The notes beneath the pieces are model-generated. The model had not been told where the DNA came from, ran no database searches, and saw only the letters and a list, made by a program, of their open reading frames with translations. From contig CAVVEU010000033.1 in the NCBI GenBank assembly GCA_963747235.1, positions 338,728 to 402,727 of the forward strand: a stretch of DNA of 64,000 bases, read 5' to 3'. The stretch is from an uncultured Candidatus Rokubacteria bacterium (GTDB lineage: Bacteria; Methylomirabilota; Methylomirabilia; Rokubacteriales; CSP1-6). The position numbers were made by a program, and so were the translations under genes. Each line of letters begins with the position of its first letter. Within the stretch, counting starts at the first letter, position 1. This document shows positions 52,396-63,346 of the stretch, piece after piece.

Positions 52396-54431
52396 CAGGA
52401 CTGCTTCTCGCCGTACACCCGCTGGTACTCCTGCCACGAGAGCATCACGCGCTTCACGAACGCGCGCGTCTCGTTGTAGGGAATCTGCTCGACCCAGACT
52501 TCCAGATCGTCCGTCTTCCGGTTCGTCCACCATTCGCGCACGCGCGTGGGGCCGGCGTTGTACGCGGCGGCGGCGAGCCGCGCGTCGCCGAACTCGCGGA
52601 GGAGCCCGCCGAAGAAGGTCGTGCCGATCTCGAGATTGGTCACCGGCTGGTCGAGCACCTCGGCGTCCGGGAACGGGATCTGGCGGGCCTGGGCCACCGC
52701 GCGCCCGGTGTCGGGCATGAGCTGCATGAGCCCGCGGGCGCCCACGCGCGAGCGCGCCTGCGGGTAGAACGAGGACTCCTCGCGCACCACCGCCGCGACC
52801 AGGAACGGGTCGAGCGAGGACGCGGCCCGCCGCCGCGGTGAGGGCGTCGCGCCAGCCGAGCGGGTAGAACATCTCCCAGAACTCGCGGGGCGACGTCCCG
52901 CCGCTGCGGGCGGAGCCCTGGAAGCTCCGCCGCAGGATGCGCAGCGCCATGTGGTACCGCTCGTCGGCGACGTACGCGGCGGAGAGCGCGTAGAGCCGGC
53001 GGGGCTCGCCCACCGAGCGGCGGGTCAGCTCGTCCAGCTCCTCGTCGGCGAACTCGCGCAGGCCCACCTCGCGCAGCGCGACCGCGCGGTCGAAGCGCGG
53101 ATCGCCCTGCAGCCCCTCGCGCGGATCGGCCGGGAACGCGAACGGCACCGTGCCGGGCGTGAGCGGAACGCCGGGCGCCCGCTTGGCCGCGAGCAGGCCA
53201 TAGTAGGTGCGCGGCGAGTCCTTCACGAGCTGCGCGAACTGGCGGGCCGCCTGGTCGCGATCGCCACGCCGCTCCCACGCCCGGCCGACCCAGTAGGTGG
53301 CGGCCTCCCGCAGCGACTGCCCGCCGCGCGAAACCTGGAGGCGGGTCCACCGCGCGGTCGCCTCCACCTGATTGCCGCGGAACCACGCGATCCAGCCGAG
53401 CCGCCAGAGCGCGCTGGCCGCCTCGTCCTCGTCCGGGTAGTCGGCGGCCAGCTTCACGTAGGTCTTCTCGGCCTCGGCGGGCCGGGCCGCGGCCTCGAGC
53501 AGCTCGGCCTTCAGCAGGAGCGCGTCGGGCGCGTCGTTGCTCTTGGGATGCTCGCGCACCAGCCGGTCCAGGAGTGGTGAGCGCGCCCTCGCGGTCGCGG
53601 CGTTGCCGCAGGCGACTCAGCTCGAGCAGCCAGCTCGGACGGCGCTCGGCCGGCGCCGCGGCCAGGGCGTCGTTGGCGGCGGCCAGCGCGGCGTCGTCGC
53701 GGCCGAGCCGGCGGGAGGCGTTCATCAGCACCCGCCGGGCGCGCTCGAGCGGCTCCGCCTCCGGCTTCTCGGCGACCAGGGCTTCGGATTCCAGGCGGGC
53801 CCGCTCGATCAGCCCCGAGGCGAGCAGCCGATCGGCGCGCGCGGCCCGCTCCGCCGCGCTCGGCGGCGACGGCGCCACGCCGGCATCCGCCAGCGCCTTG
53901 AGCTGGCGCTCCGCCGCGTCGCCGAAGGCGGCGGGCGCCTGCAGCCAGAGCGCCTGGAACACGCGCGCCGCCTCCTTCTGGTCCCCCGCGGCGAGCAGCG
54001 CCTCGCCCAGCGCGTAGCGCGACCCGCGCCGCGTCCGGCGCGTCGGCCAGGCGGGTGAGCACCCGCTGCAGGGTCGTCACCGCGCCGGTCGGATCCCCTG
54101 CCTCGCGCCGCACGGCGGCCGCGCGCACCAGGGCCGAGGGCGTGAGGCTCTCGGGCGTGCGATCGGCGGCCTGCGTGGCGAGGGCCCGCGCCGCGACCAC
54201 GTCGCCCTGGCGGAGCTGGGCCTCGGCCTGGAAGAGCAGCGCGTAGTCCTCGAGCGGAGTCCCGGCCCAGGCGGGATCCGCGAACTCCCGGCCCGCCGTG
54301 GCCCAGTCGCCCGCCTTGTGGGCGGCGAGCCCGGCCGCGAACCGCTCCCGCAGGTCCGGGGAAAGACCCGCCGGCGCGGCTCCCACCAGCACCACGGACA
54401 TCAGGCACGCCGCCGCGGTCAACCGCCTCAT
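52395..54431 (-). CDS. Soluble lytic murein transglycosylase (SLT domain with TPR-like superhelix), frameshifted
   Basis: VREESSF, GARGLMQLMP, AAYNAGP, EQIPYNETRAFVKRV; signal peptide. Confidence 0.9.
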
Positions 54432-54471
54432 GCCTGCCAGTGTACCAGCCACCCCCGCGCCGGCCGCGCTA

Positions 54472-54506
54472 CCCGGTCAGTGCCCCGGTCAGTGCCCCGG
54501 TCAGTG
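54472..54506. repeat. 12-bp tandem repeat CCCGGTCAGTGC, about 3 copies
   Basis: Copies start at 54472, 54484 and 54496; overlaps the stop codon of the CDP-alcohol phosphatidyltransferase. Confidence 0.85.
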
Positions 54507-55091
54507 AAGGATCTGCTCCCGCGAGGCGGCCCGCCGCATGTAGAGGATGCGCTGGAGCGCGGTCAGGTTGGTGAGCACGGCGAGCGCGATCATGGCCGGG
54601 GTGAGCACGTTGAACGTGGCGCCCGCGATGAGCACGATGAGCCGCTCGGGGCGCTCGATCAGCCCGATCTCGCAGGGCACGCCGATGGACTGGGCGCGGG
54701 CCTTGGTGTAGCTGGTCATGATGGTGCCGACCAGGGCGATCATGGTGAGGAAGACGCCGGTGGTGTCGGCCGCGCGATGGTAGTAGAGCACCACCCCCAG
54801 CAGCACGACCAGGTCGGAGTAGCGGTCCGCCACCGAGTCGAGGAAGGCCCCGAAGGCGCTCACGCTGTTGGCGAGCCGCGCCAGCGAGCCGTCGAAGAAG
54901 TCGAAGAGCCCGGCCAGCGCCAGCAGCACCGCACCCACCCGGAGCTGCCCCTGGGCGAGGGCGCAGGCGGCCAGGATGCTGACCCCGAGCCCGACCATCG
55001 TGAGGTGATTCGGCCGGACGTGCGCCCGGAGCAGGGCGCGCGCGAGCGGGTCGCCGAGCCGGGTCAACGAGGCCTTGTAGTGGCTCAGCAT
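54501..55091 (-). CDS. CDP-alcohol phosphatidyltransferase family protein
   Basis: PNHLT, DFFDGSLAR...FGAFLDSVADR, SYTKARA, ERPERL. Confidence 0.9.
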   Translation of the reverse strand: MLSHYKASLTRLGDPLARALLRAHVRPNHLTMVGLGVSILAACALAQGQLRVGAVLLALAGLFDFFDGSLARLANSVSAFGAFLDSVADRYSDLVVLLGVVLYYHRAADTTGVFLTMIALVGTIMTSYTKARAQSIGVPCEIGLIERPERLIVLIAGATFNVLTPAMIALAVLTNLTALQRILYMRRAASREQILH

Positions 55092-57801
55092 CTAGAGCGG
55101 CTTGAGCAAGGCGTCTTCCAGGCTCTCGCGGACGCGGGCCATCGCCGCCTCGTCCTCGAGGCGACGGCCCTGCCGGTCGGTCACGTAGAACGTGTCGTAG
55201 GCCTGATCGATCTCGGTGGCGATCCGCGCGCTCGCGATGTCGAGGCCGTACCCGGACAGCGTGCGGGTGATGACGTAGAGCAGCCCGACGCGGTCCGGAC
55301 ACTTCACCTCCACCACCGTGCGGCTGTCCGAGATCTGGTTGTCCACCGAGATCTTGGGTGGGCCGGCCACGCCCTCGCCGCTCGGATGCACCGCCCGGCG
55401 CCGCGCGAGGAGATCCTCCACGCTCGCCTCGCCGCGCAGCACGCGCCGCAGCGCCTCGAGCGTGCGGCGCCAGCGCGCCTCCTCGGTGACCGCCTCGCCG
55501 AAGGGATCGTTCACCTGGAAGGTGTCGAGCACGATGCCGTCGGCGCGGGTGTGGATCTGGGCGGAGAGGATGTTGATCCCCTGGGACGCCAGCGTGCCCG
55601 CGATGAGCGAGAAGAGGCCGGGGACGTCCTGGGTGGCGACGACCAGCTCGGAGGAGCCGAGGTCGGGATGGTGGAAGAGCTCGGTGGCGAGCACGCCGCC
55701 GTCCGCGAGCCGGTCGAGCAGCCGCAGGTGCGCGGCGATGCGCTGGGGCGACGTGGTGGTGAGATAGCGCTCGGAGAGCAGGGCCAGGTGCGCGGCCACC
55801 GCGGTGCGCGCCACGTCGCCGCGCATGGCCTCGGTCACCCGCTGGGCCACCCCTTCGCGCGTGGGCCGCTCGCGCTGGCCACCGGTGAGGCGCGCGAGCA
55901 CGCGCGCGTAGAGATCCCAGAGGATCTGGGCCTGCCAGCCGGTCATGACGCCGGGGCCCACCGCGCGCATGTCGGCGCAGGTGAGCAGGTAGAGCATGCG
56001 CAGGCGCTCGGGCGTCTTGCAGACCTCCGCGAGGGTCTCGATCGTCTTCGGGTCGTCGATGTCGCGGCGCTGGGCGACGTGCGACATGGTCAGGTGGTGG
56101 GCCACCAGGAAGACCACCTTGTCGGCGTCCTCGGCGGGCAGGCCGATGCGCGCGGAGAGCGCCTCGATCAGCGGGATGCCCTTGGCCACGTGGCCGTGCC
56201 CCTTGCCCTTGCCGATGTCGTGCAGCAGCATGCCCAGCATCAGCAGGCCCGGGCGCTCCAGCTCGCTCACGACCTGCGCATTGCCCTCGGAGTCCGGCGA
56301 CTGGCCCGGCGCGAGCGCCTCCAGGTTCTGCACCGCGATCAGCGAGTGCTGGTCGGCGGTGAACTTGTGATAGACGTCGTACTGCACGAGGCAGGTGAGC
56401 GCGCCCCACTCGGGCAGGTAGCGGCCGAGCACGCCCAGCTCGTGCATCTCCCGCAGCGTCTGCGCGGTCCGCCCCCAGCTCCGGCAGATCGCCGAGGAAG
56501 AGCTCGCGGGCCTCCGGCGAGGCGCGGAAGGCGTCGTCGATCAGGTCGAGCGAGTCCTCGATGGCCCGCTCCACCTCCACGCTGAGCTCGAAGCCGAGCT
56601 GGTGGCTGTGCCAGAACACCTTGATCAGGCGCACCGGGTCTTCCCGGAAGGCCCGCCCGTCGGGCTGGGCCAGGTGGAGCTGCTCGTCGAGCACGATGAG
56701 GCCGTCGGCGAGCGCCTCCTGGCGCGCGCGGCGCTGCACGGAGGCGCGGCGCGAGAGGGTCTCCCGGCAGCGGGCGATCAGCCGCCGCGACACCCGGTGG
56801 ATCACGCGGGCGTGGAGGTAGTAGTCGCGCATGAACTTCTCGACGGGCAGCGACAGCTCGTCGCCGGCGTAGCCGAAGTTCTTGGCGATCTGCGGCTGGA
56901 TGTCGCGCGAGAGCACGTCGTTCTTGTGCCCGGAGAGGAAGTGCAGCTCGTTCCGCACCCGCCACAGGAAGGTGAGCGCCTCGTCGGTCGTCTTCTGCTC
57001 GCGCTGGTTGATCAGCCGCTTGTCGGCCAGCTCCCGCAGGGTCCGGGTGCCGAACTTGGTGGAGGCCAGCCACATCGCGGTGTGGATGTCGCGCAGCCCG
57101 CCCGCCGATTCCTTCACGTTGGGCTCGCCCATGTAGGGGGAGCCGCCGAACTTGCGGTAGCGCTGGTCGCGCTCGGTCAGCGTGGTCTCGAGGAACTGGG
57201 CGAAGTCCTTCTGGTAGACGTTCTCGGCCAGGACTTTCCGAAAGCGGTTGAACAGGCGGCGGTCGCCCACCAGGAAGCGCGCCTGCTGCATCGAGGTGCG
57301 GCTCGGGAAGTCGGTGCGCGCCATCGCCAGGCAGTCGGGCAGGCTGCGCACCGCGTGGCCGACCTGCAGGCCCAGGTCCCAGAGGGCGTAGAGCAGGCCC
57401 TGGGTCACCCGCTGCACGTAGGGGCCCATCTCGCCGTCGTAGATCAGCATGAGGTCGAGATCGGAGAGGGGGTGCAGCTCGCCGCGGCCGTAGCCGCCCA
57501 GCGCCACCAGCACCAGCGGGCTCGGCACCAGGCCCTCGCGCTTGGCGTCCTCCACCGCCAGCCGGTAGAGGGTGCCGAGGAAGGTGTCCATGAAGCCGGC
57601 GTAGGCGGCGACCGACTGCTGGCCGGAGGCGCCGCCCAGGTGGGCCGCGCGGAGGAAATCCACGTTGGAGGTGAGGTGCTGGCGCAGCACTTCGAGCCTC
57701 AGCCGTCGCCGGCGCTCCGCGCGCTCGGCCACGCTGCCGTCGAATCCTCTCTCCGCCTGTGCCTCGACGCGGCGAACCTGTCGAAGCAGTTCCGCAGACA
57801 T
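55092..57801 (-). CDS. glnD: [Protein-PII] uridylyltransferase GlnD, frameshift near 56490
   Basis: ALGGYGRGEL..SDLDL, EPNVKESAGGLRD, YHKFTADQH, LLHDIGKG, two ACT domains (DVPGLF, DRVGLL). Confidence 0.95.
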
Positions 57802-57888
57802 GGCGAAACGGTAGCCTGGAGTGGGAAGAAAGTCAAACTTGGCGCGAACTTGTATCGCAGTAACGATCGTAGTTACAATGGGCGCCCT

Positions 57889-58977
57889 ATGCGACGGCTC
57901 TGGCGTGACGTGCTCGACCGCGTGGACCCGTACGACGCCGGCAAATCACTCGAAGTGCTGGCGCGCGAGCTCGGACTGGACACGATCCTGCGCCTGTCCG
58001 CGAACGAGAACGCCCTCGGCCCCTCGCCGCGGGTGGTCGACGCGATCCGGCGGGAGGCCCCGCGCGCCCATCTCTACCCGGATGGCGGCGCCACGGAGGT
58101 GCGGGAGGCGCTCGGCAAGCGGCTCGGCGCGCCGCCCGAGTCCATCGTGCTCGGCAACGGCGCCGACGAGCTCCTGGCCATGCTGGCGCGCGCGGCGCTC
58201 GATCCCGGCGACGAGGTCGTGATCCCCCACCCCGCCTTCGAGCCCTACGGCACCGAGGCGACCCTGTCGGGCGCCACCGTCGTGCGGAGCCCGCTCAAGG
58301 GCTACGACCAGGATCTCGACGACATGCTCGCCCGCGTCACGCCGCGGACGAAGTGCGTGATCATCTGCACCCCGCACAACCCGGCCGCCACCATCGTGCG
58401 GCGCCGGCCGCTCGAGCGCTTCCTCGACGCCCTCGGCGGCGACCCGCCGCTCGTGATCCTCGACGAGGCGTACATCGACTTCTGCGACGACGACGACACC
58501 GCGGACGGCGTGGTGCTCCAGCGGCGATACCCGACGCTGATCTCCCTGCGGACCTTCTCCAAGATCGCGGGGCTGGCCGGGCTGCGCGTGGGCTACGCCA
58601 TCGCGCGGCCGGAGCATATCGAACGGTTGAACCGGGTGCGGGCGCCGTACAACGTCAACCGGCTCGCCCAGGTCGCGGCGGTGGCCGCGCTCGGCGACCC
58701 CGAGCATCTCGAGCGCACGCGCCGCGTCGTGCTGGAGGAGCGGCCGCGGCTGCAGGCCGCGCTGGCCGAGCGCGGCGCGCCGTCACCCCCCTCGCAGGCG
58801 AACTTCGTCCTGGCCAGGGCGGGTGATCGCGCGGAGGCGCTGCGGGCCGCGCTCCTCCGGGCGGGCATCCTGGTGCGCGACGGCGCGGGCGTGGGCTTCC
58901 CCGGGCACCTGCGCATCGCGGTGGGGACGGCGGAGCAGAACCGCCGGCTGCTCGAGGTGTGGGACCGGACCGCCTAG
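57889..58977 (+). CDS. hisC: Histidinol-phosphate aminotransferase
   Basis: LSANENALG, YPD, GNGADE, PHNP, DEAY, RTFSKIAGLAGLRVGY, SQANF. Confidence 0.92.
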   Translation: MRRLWRDVLDRVDPYDAGKSLEVLARELGLDTILRLSANENALGPSPRVVDAIRREAPRAHLYPDGGATEVREALGKRLGAPPESIVLGNGADELLAMLARAALDPGDEVVIPHPAFEPYGTEATLSGATVVRSPLKGYDQDLDDMLARVTPRTKCVIICTPHNPAATIVRRRPLERFLDALGGDPPLVILDEAYIDFCDDDDTADGVVLQRRYPTLISLRTFSKIAGLAGLRVGYAIARPEHIERLNRVRAPYNVNRLAQVAAVAALGDPEHLERTRRVVLEERPRLQAALAERGAPSPPSQANFVLARAGDRAEALRAALLRAGILVRDGAGVGFPGHLRIAVGTAEQNRRLLEVWDRTA

Positions 58978-59277
58978 CGCGGTTCTGGAGCTCGGGCCGG
59001 GCGCGCGGAGCTGGCGCTCGAGCTGGGTGATGCGCTGCTTGGCGAGGGTGGCCTCCGTGCGGAGCTTCTCGGCCTCGACGTAGACCTTCTTCAGCTCCGC
59101 GGCCAGCCGGTCGGCGCGCTCGCGGTTCTCGACCCACTTGCCCCAGAGCGTCACGGTCAGCCCCACCAGCAGGAGGCAGGCGGCGATCAGCATCCAGGGC
59201 CGTCGCGGCTTGATGCGCCGGGCGACCCGGTTCGTCGTCGCGGCGGTGCCGTGAAGGGCCATCCCATCGGGCCTCAT
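58974..59277 (-). CDS. Hypothetical membrane-anchored coiled-coil protein (3' end uncertain)
   Basis: One hydrophobic segment followed by a heptad-rich helix; the long tail overlapping hisC is probably a frameshift artefact. Confidence 0.55.
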
Positions 59278-59378
59278 GCCGGGAAGCCTACCACCCGGTC
59301 ACGACGAAGCCAAAGGTTTGCGCTATGATCCGCCGACGAGCGACCGTCTCCGCGAGGGAGATCTGCTAGAGTGATCCC

Positions 59379-59930
59379 GTGCAGAACGGGCTGCTTCCGC
59401 GCTTCTTCGAGAGCGTGACCCGACAGGCCTTCGGTGATCTGGCGATCGACGACGCGCCCGCCCTGCGCTACCTCACCGAGCTGCTGACCCGCTTCGTCCG
59501 CACCGAGGCCCTGCGCACGCTCCGCGAGCTGCCCGGCCGGCGCCTCGACACCGTCGCCGACTCGCTGCTCGCGATCCAGCACGTGTGGGACTGGCAGGCG
59601 CCCGGCTTCAACCCCGGCACCGAGCGGGTGCTGCGGCGGCAGATCGGCGACTACACGCTCTTCATGACCGGGATCTTCCGCGACTACGTGGACGGCCTCG
59701 CGGTCACCGGCTACTACGAGCACGAGGGCCGCCTCGCCTATCGCTTCGTGGCGGAGGTGGCGCGCGCGGGCGCCGAGCCCGACGCCTCCCTCTATCGCCG
59801 CCTCTCCGATCGCTTCGAGATGTACGCGGGCGCGCTCACCTACGCGCGCAAGGTCTACTTCCGGGCGAACGCCGTGCCCGCGGAGGCCTGGCCCGCCGAT
59901 CCCTTCTTCCGCGCGCTGCTCGCCGAATGA
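59379..59930 (+). CDS. Conserved hypothetical protein
   Basis: YLTELLTRF, RRQIGDYTLFMTGIF..YY..GR..Y; strong codon bias; -10 box 6 nt upstream. Confidence 0.75.
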   Translation: MQNGLLPRFFESVTRQAFGDLAIDDAPALRYLTELLTRFVRTEALRTLRELPGRRLDTVADSLLAIQHVWDWQAPGFNPGTERVLRRQIGDYTLFMTGIFRDYVDGLAVTGYYEHEGRLAYRFVAEVARAGAEPDASLYRRLSDRFEMYAGALTYARKVYFRANAVPAEAWPADPFFRALLAE

Positions 59931-60940
59931 CCGCGCCCGCGCCGCGTGACGAGGCGGCGGCCTGCCTGGCCGCCCTCGAGACCGCGCTCGCCGGCGGCGA
60001 CCCGCCCGCGCTGGCCCGCGTGAGCGCGGCCGCGCTCGACGACGCGCTGCGCGCGCTGGTGAAGCGGCACGGCGCCGCGGCGCTGCCCCTGCTCGAGCGC
60101 CTGGCCGACGCGGCGCCCGACAAGGACCACCGGCGCGCGGTCCGGCGCGCTCTCTACCGGCTCGAGCAGTCGGGCCTCCGCCCGCCGCGCACCGCGGCCG
60201 CCGCGCCCACGCGCCCGGTGGTGACGCGCGCGGCCGAGCATCCGGTGCGCGCCTGGCTCTCCGGCATCGACGGCAGCGGCTCCCGCGCCGCGTGGATCCT
60301 CTTCGAGGGCGGCCTCGGCGGCGGCCTGCGGCTCTGCTCGCTGATCCTGAACGACGAGGCGGGAATCATGGACGCCGCGGGCGGCCCCATCGCCCGCAAG
60401 CGGCTCGAGGCGGAGCTGCGCGGCCTGCGCGAGAGCCAGAAGCTGCCGTGGGTGGAAGTGGACGGCCACCGCGCCTGCGCCCTGGTCGCCGACGCCCTCG
60501 CGCTGCACGAGCGCCTCGGCACCGTGCCGCCCCCCGAGTTCGCGCGCTGGCGCGGATGGGAAGTTGACGGGTGACGCGGTGAAACCGAAGGCGAGCCGAG
60601 CGACGCAGGGCGAGGTGAAGCCGAAGGCGAGCCGAGCGGATACAAGAGAGAAGCTTCCCGCAGACATGCCCTCCCCGGCTGCGCCAGCCCCCACCCCAGA
60701 CACCTCTGTTCTCGCGCACTCCGCCACCCTCCTCGACCTCCCCGAGCTCATGGGCTGGTTCATCGACCCCGCGCGCGTGCAGCACGAAGCCCTCGCGCTG
60801 CTCCAGGTGCGCGAGAGCCGGCTCGTCGTCTCCGACCAGATCAAGGCCGAGCGCGAAGCCTCCATCGTGGACGGCGTCGTCGAGGCGCAGCTCCCCGCCG
60901 CGGCACGCCGGCGCTGGGCCGCGCGGCTGCGCGAGATGGC
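59927..60940 (+). CDS. Hypothetical protein containing an internal repeat insert; 3'-truncated at the composition break
   Basis: ATGA coupling; RRALYRL, SGIDGSGSR, LLDLPELMGW, RRRWAARLREMA; frameshift near 60556. Confidence 0.65.
60578..60638 (+). repeat. Two 25-bp direct repeats GGTGAARCCGAAGGCGAGCCGAGCG with 36-bp period inside a CDS
   Basis: 60578-60602 and 60614-60638, one mismatch; encode VKPKASRA twice. Confidence 0.8.
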
Positions 60941-61057
60941 GTCGCCCATCACCTCTCGGATTTCGACGTCGGTTTTGCCGATTAAATAATTGGCGGCTGC
61001 AAATCCCTGAAGGTCAGGGATTGTCTCAATGTCCCAAATTATGACGTTACCGTTCAT
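60941..61057 (-). pseudogene. N-terminal fragment of a PolB-like 3'-5' exonuclease (DEDD)
   Basis: VIIWDIETIPD Exo I motif; only about 39 codons before the junction. Confidence 0.6.
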
Positions 61058-61137
61058 GGCGCGAAATGAAGCCGTTCAAAAGAAGTTTAGATTTGGTTGT
61101 CCGACCCGAACAACCCTAACAGATGGAAACCCGTCAC

Positions 61138-61683
61138 TCACGGCCTCCGGTTATAGATGGCCACAAATAGGGACAGTAAATCAGCCGGAGGCTCGGGAAT
61201 GTTATCGACTACTTGCTTTGCCCAATCGAAATATTCTTGGCGGCGCGAGAGCGACCATTTGACGGGAGGACTGTCGGCAACGTCCCTCAAGTTTGCGATC
61301 TTATCGGCAAGCTTCACTGCGCGAGCCTTCGGGCTTAGATGAGCTGCGTGCTCGATCTGGCGCCGCTTTCGTTCAGCTTTCGGCAATCGTTTGTCATCCG
61401 TCACTTCCTGCACCAGCGAGGCAACTGGACCACCGAAGGCCTCGACTAACTCTTCGACCGATGTGTCCGTATCCTCAATGGTATCGTGTAACAGCGCGGC
61501 ACAGAGTGTATCTCGGTCATTTATACCGGCTTCCACGGCGAGGATAGATACGAGTGCTATAGGATGATTGATGTAGGGTGATGCATCTGCATCTTTTCGT
61601 CTCTGTTGGCTGTGCTTGCGTGATGCGAATGCGAGCGCCCGGACGAAATCTGAAAACACCTCGTGATGAAGTCCCTTACTCAT
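61138..61683 (-). CDS. HD-domain protein, Mesh1/small alarmone hydrolase-like
   Basis: FASRKHSQQRRK..PYINHP, AALLHDTIEDT, FG..VA.LV.EVTDDK, VKLADKIANLRD. Confidence 0.9.
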   Translation of the reverse strand: MSKGLHHEVFSDFVRALAFASRKHSQQRRKDADASPYINHPIALVSILAVEAGINDRDTLCAALLHDTIEDTDTSVEELVEAFGGPVASLVQEVTDDKRLPKAERKRRQIEHAAHLSPKARAVKLADKIANLRDVADSPPVKWSLSRRQEYFDWAKQVVDNIPEPPADLLSLFVAIYNRRP

Positions 61684-61898
61684 CTCATGCTGCCCCCAAG
61701 CAGCAGTGATATCGTACCGGGAACTTGAAACCCCGCAATGTCCGCTTCTGGCCCGTACGGCCATTCTTTGGGGGCAAAGCGAACAGATGCTTCCGATAAC
61801 AGATATCGGAGCCAATAATCTCGATTTCGCAGTAGAAACTCAGAACCGAAAGGTCGTATTTTTAATTTCGAAAAAAATCTCTGAGTTTGCCAAGGTTA

Positions 61899-62381
61899 TT
61901 ACACGCTCAGGCGATTTGAGACATCTATGACAACCAACTGCATTATGAATGCGGCAGCACGTCGGTGCCTTGCGGACAGGAGCGCAGCGGCCGTTCGCCG
62001 AATGCCGCGCAGCGTGGCTTTGACAGCCTCTACGTTTGTTGGCGGTTCGTGGCCGGCGAGCTTATGCGCATAACGAATGGCAGCCAGCCGGCGGCTAATC
62101 GTAGCGACCTTGGCACCGCGGTTTGCCTCGGCTGCCAAGAAGGCCGCAACAGCCTCCGGAGAAGCGGGTAGGGCAGCGACGTGTTTCGTCTCACACCAGG
62201 CTCGGAAGAGGCCAAAATCGGATCGATAGGCCCTCCTGGTCGCCTCCGCCTTCTCGGCACGGGCGTAGCCGGCCGCATGCTCGATCTCGGGGCCAAGCGT
62301 GGTCGGTAGGGCGCTCGCATCCGCTTTCACTAGGCTCCGAGAAGGGGAGTTATCGGAGGCAAAGCACTGCTCTTCCATCAC
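61899..62381 (-). pseudogene. Tyrosine recombinase/integrase N-terminal (core-binding) remnant
   Basis: KAEATRRAYRSDF..F..WC, LPA...VAAFLA, TISRRLAAI...H, LRGIRR; catalytic domain absent. Confidence 0.75.
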
Positions 62382-62451
62382 GAATTTCCAGGCTAGAGAA
62401 GCCGCAGCGACGTGATACGATCCACTTTAAGATTAATGTTAAACAAAAAAT

Positions 62452-62652
62452 ATGAAGCGGTCAATATCTGTTAAACAGAAAAGGAGGGGTCGCCCCCCAA
62501 CGGGCGTTCGTCCAGTAATTGGTCTTCGGCTCTCTGAAGACGACATAGCACGCGTCGACCGATGGGCGGCGGAAGCACAATCTAAGCCGGTCGGAAGCAG
62601 TACGAGTGTTGATCGAACGTGGTATCAAGCGCGGGTAGGCATGGGCCGGTAG
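62452..62652 (+). CDS. Ribbon-helix-helix (CopG-like) DNA-binding protein, frameshifted
   Basis: KRRGRPPTG...GLRL...VDRWA then LSRSEAVRVLIERG in the adjacent frame; divergent from the integrase remnant. Confidence 0.65.
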   Translation: MKRSISVKQKRRGRPPTGVRPVIGLRLSEDDIARVDRWAAEAQSKPVGSSTSVDRTWYQARVGMGR

Positions 62653-62941
62653 ACGCAGCCTTCTAAAAACGTTAGCCCAAAATTTGCCAAACCATTGACA
62701 TTTCAAGCTACTATAATGACTAAATCTTTAGTTTGGCTGTCGAGGAGCCACATAAAATCTTTGTGTGTTCCTTTACTTCCTCGCAAAGCGTAGCCAATTC
62801 AGCCTTCCAGGGCACCTTGCCGGTTCGAACCGCAGGTCTGGAGGAAGCGTTGTCTATAACCGAGAAAGTGAAACAAACGGGCTTGATCTTGGCACATTCG
62901 CTATCGAAGATACGCGCTGCTCGGGCGGGGGGAGCACTCAC

Positions 62942-63346
62942 ATGACGCACGTTCAGCTCATCGAAAAAGTAGACCTCCCCACACAAGTTTGGCTAACTTT
63001 TTGGGATCTCGACGAGCGAGCTCAATTGTCTATGGAAATTGGAAGCCCGGAAAACGCATACCGCGTCGGTGAGGTATTTGAATTAAACCGTGACGGTGGT
63101 TTTGAGAAACTAGCTCTTCGTCCCGTCGCTCTGACTAATATTGACACGAAGAAATTGCTCATTCCGCTTCCTAAGCAAATGAGCTCTCGACCAGCAAGGC
63201 AACGCCGGTTTCCGTCGAACATGGTGACCGTTTACAAAGTCACACTTGGACGTCGAGCAATTCGTTCTCGTAAAAAAACTGCCACGACCCCCTCCGTCCC
63301 GAAATCTCCTGAGCGCGAGCATGTCTCCCTATTGATGATTGACTAA
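62942..63346 (+). CDS. Hypothetical protein
   Basis: GGAG RBS before ATG 62942; open frame overlapping the next gene. Confidence 0.45.
   Translation: MTHVQLIEKVDLPTQVWLTFWDLDERAQLSMEIGSPENAYRVGEVFELNRDGGFEKLALRPVALTNIDTKKLLIPLPKQMSSRPARQRRFPSNMVTVYKVTLGRRAIRSRKKTATTPSVPKSPEREHVSLLMID

Noticed and set aside
54472-54506. 12-bp tandem repeat as CRISPR or functional array
   Set aside because: No spacers and only three units; a simple slippage duplication of a gene end.
59855-61057. 400-aa exonuclease ORF on the minus strand
   Set aside because: Only the first 39 or so residues are exonuclease-like; the rest is the antisense of the host gene across the junction.
62695-62717. Perfect TTGACA and TATAAT hexamers as a sigma70 promoter
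   Set aside because: The spacer is only 11 bp, incompatible with the 16-18 bp requirement.
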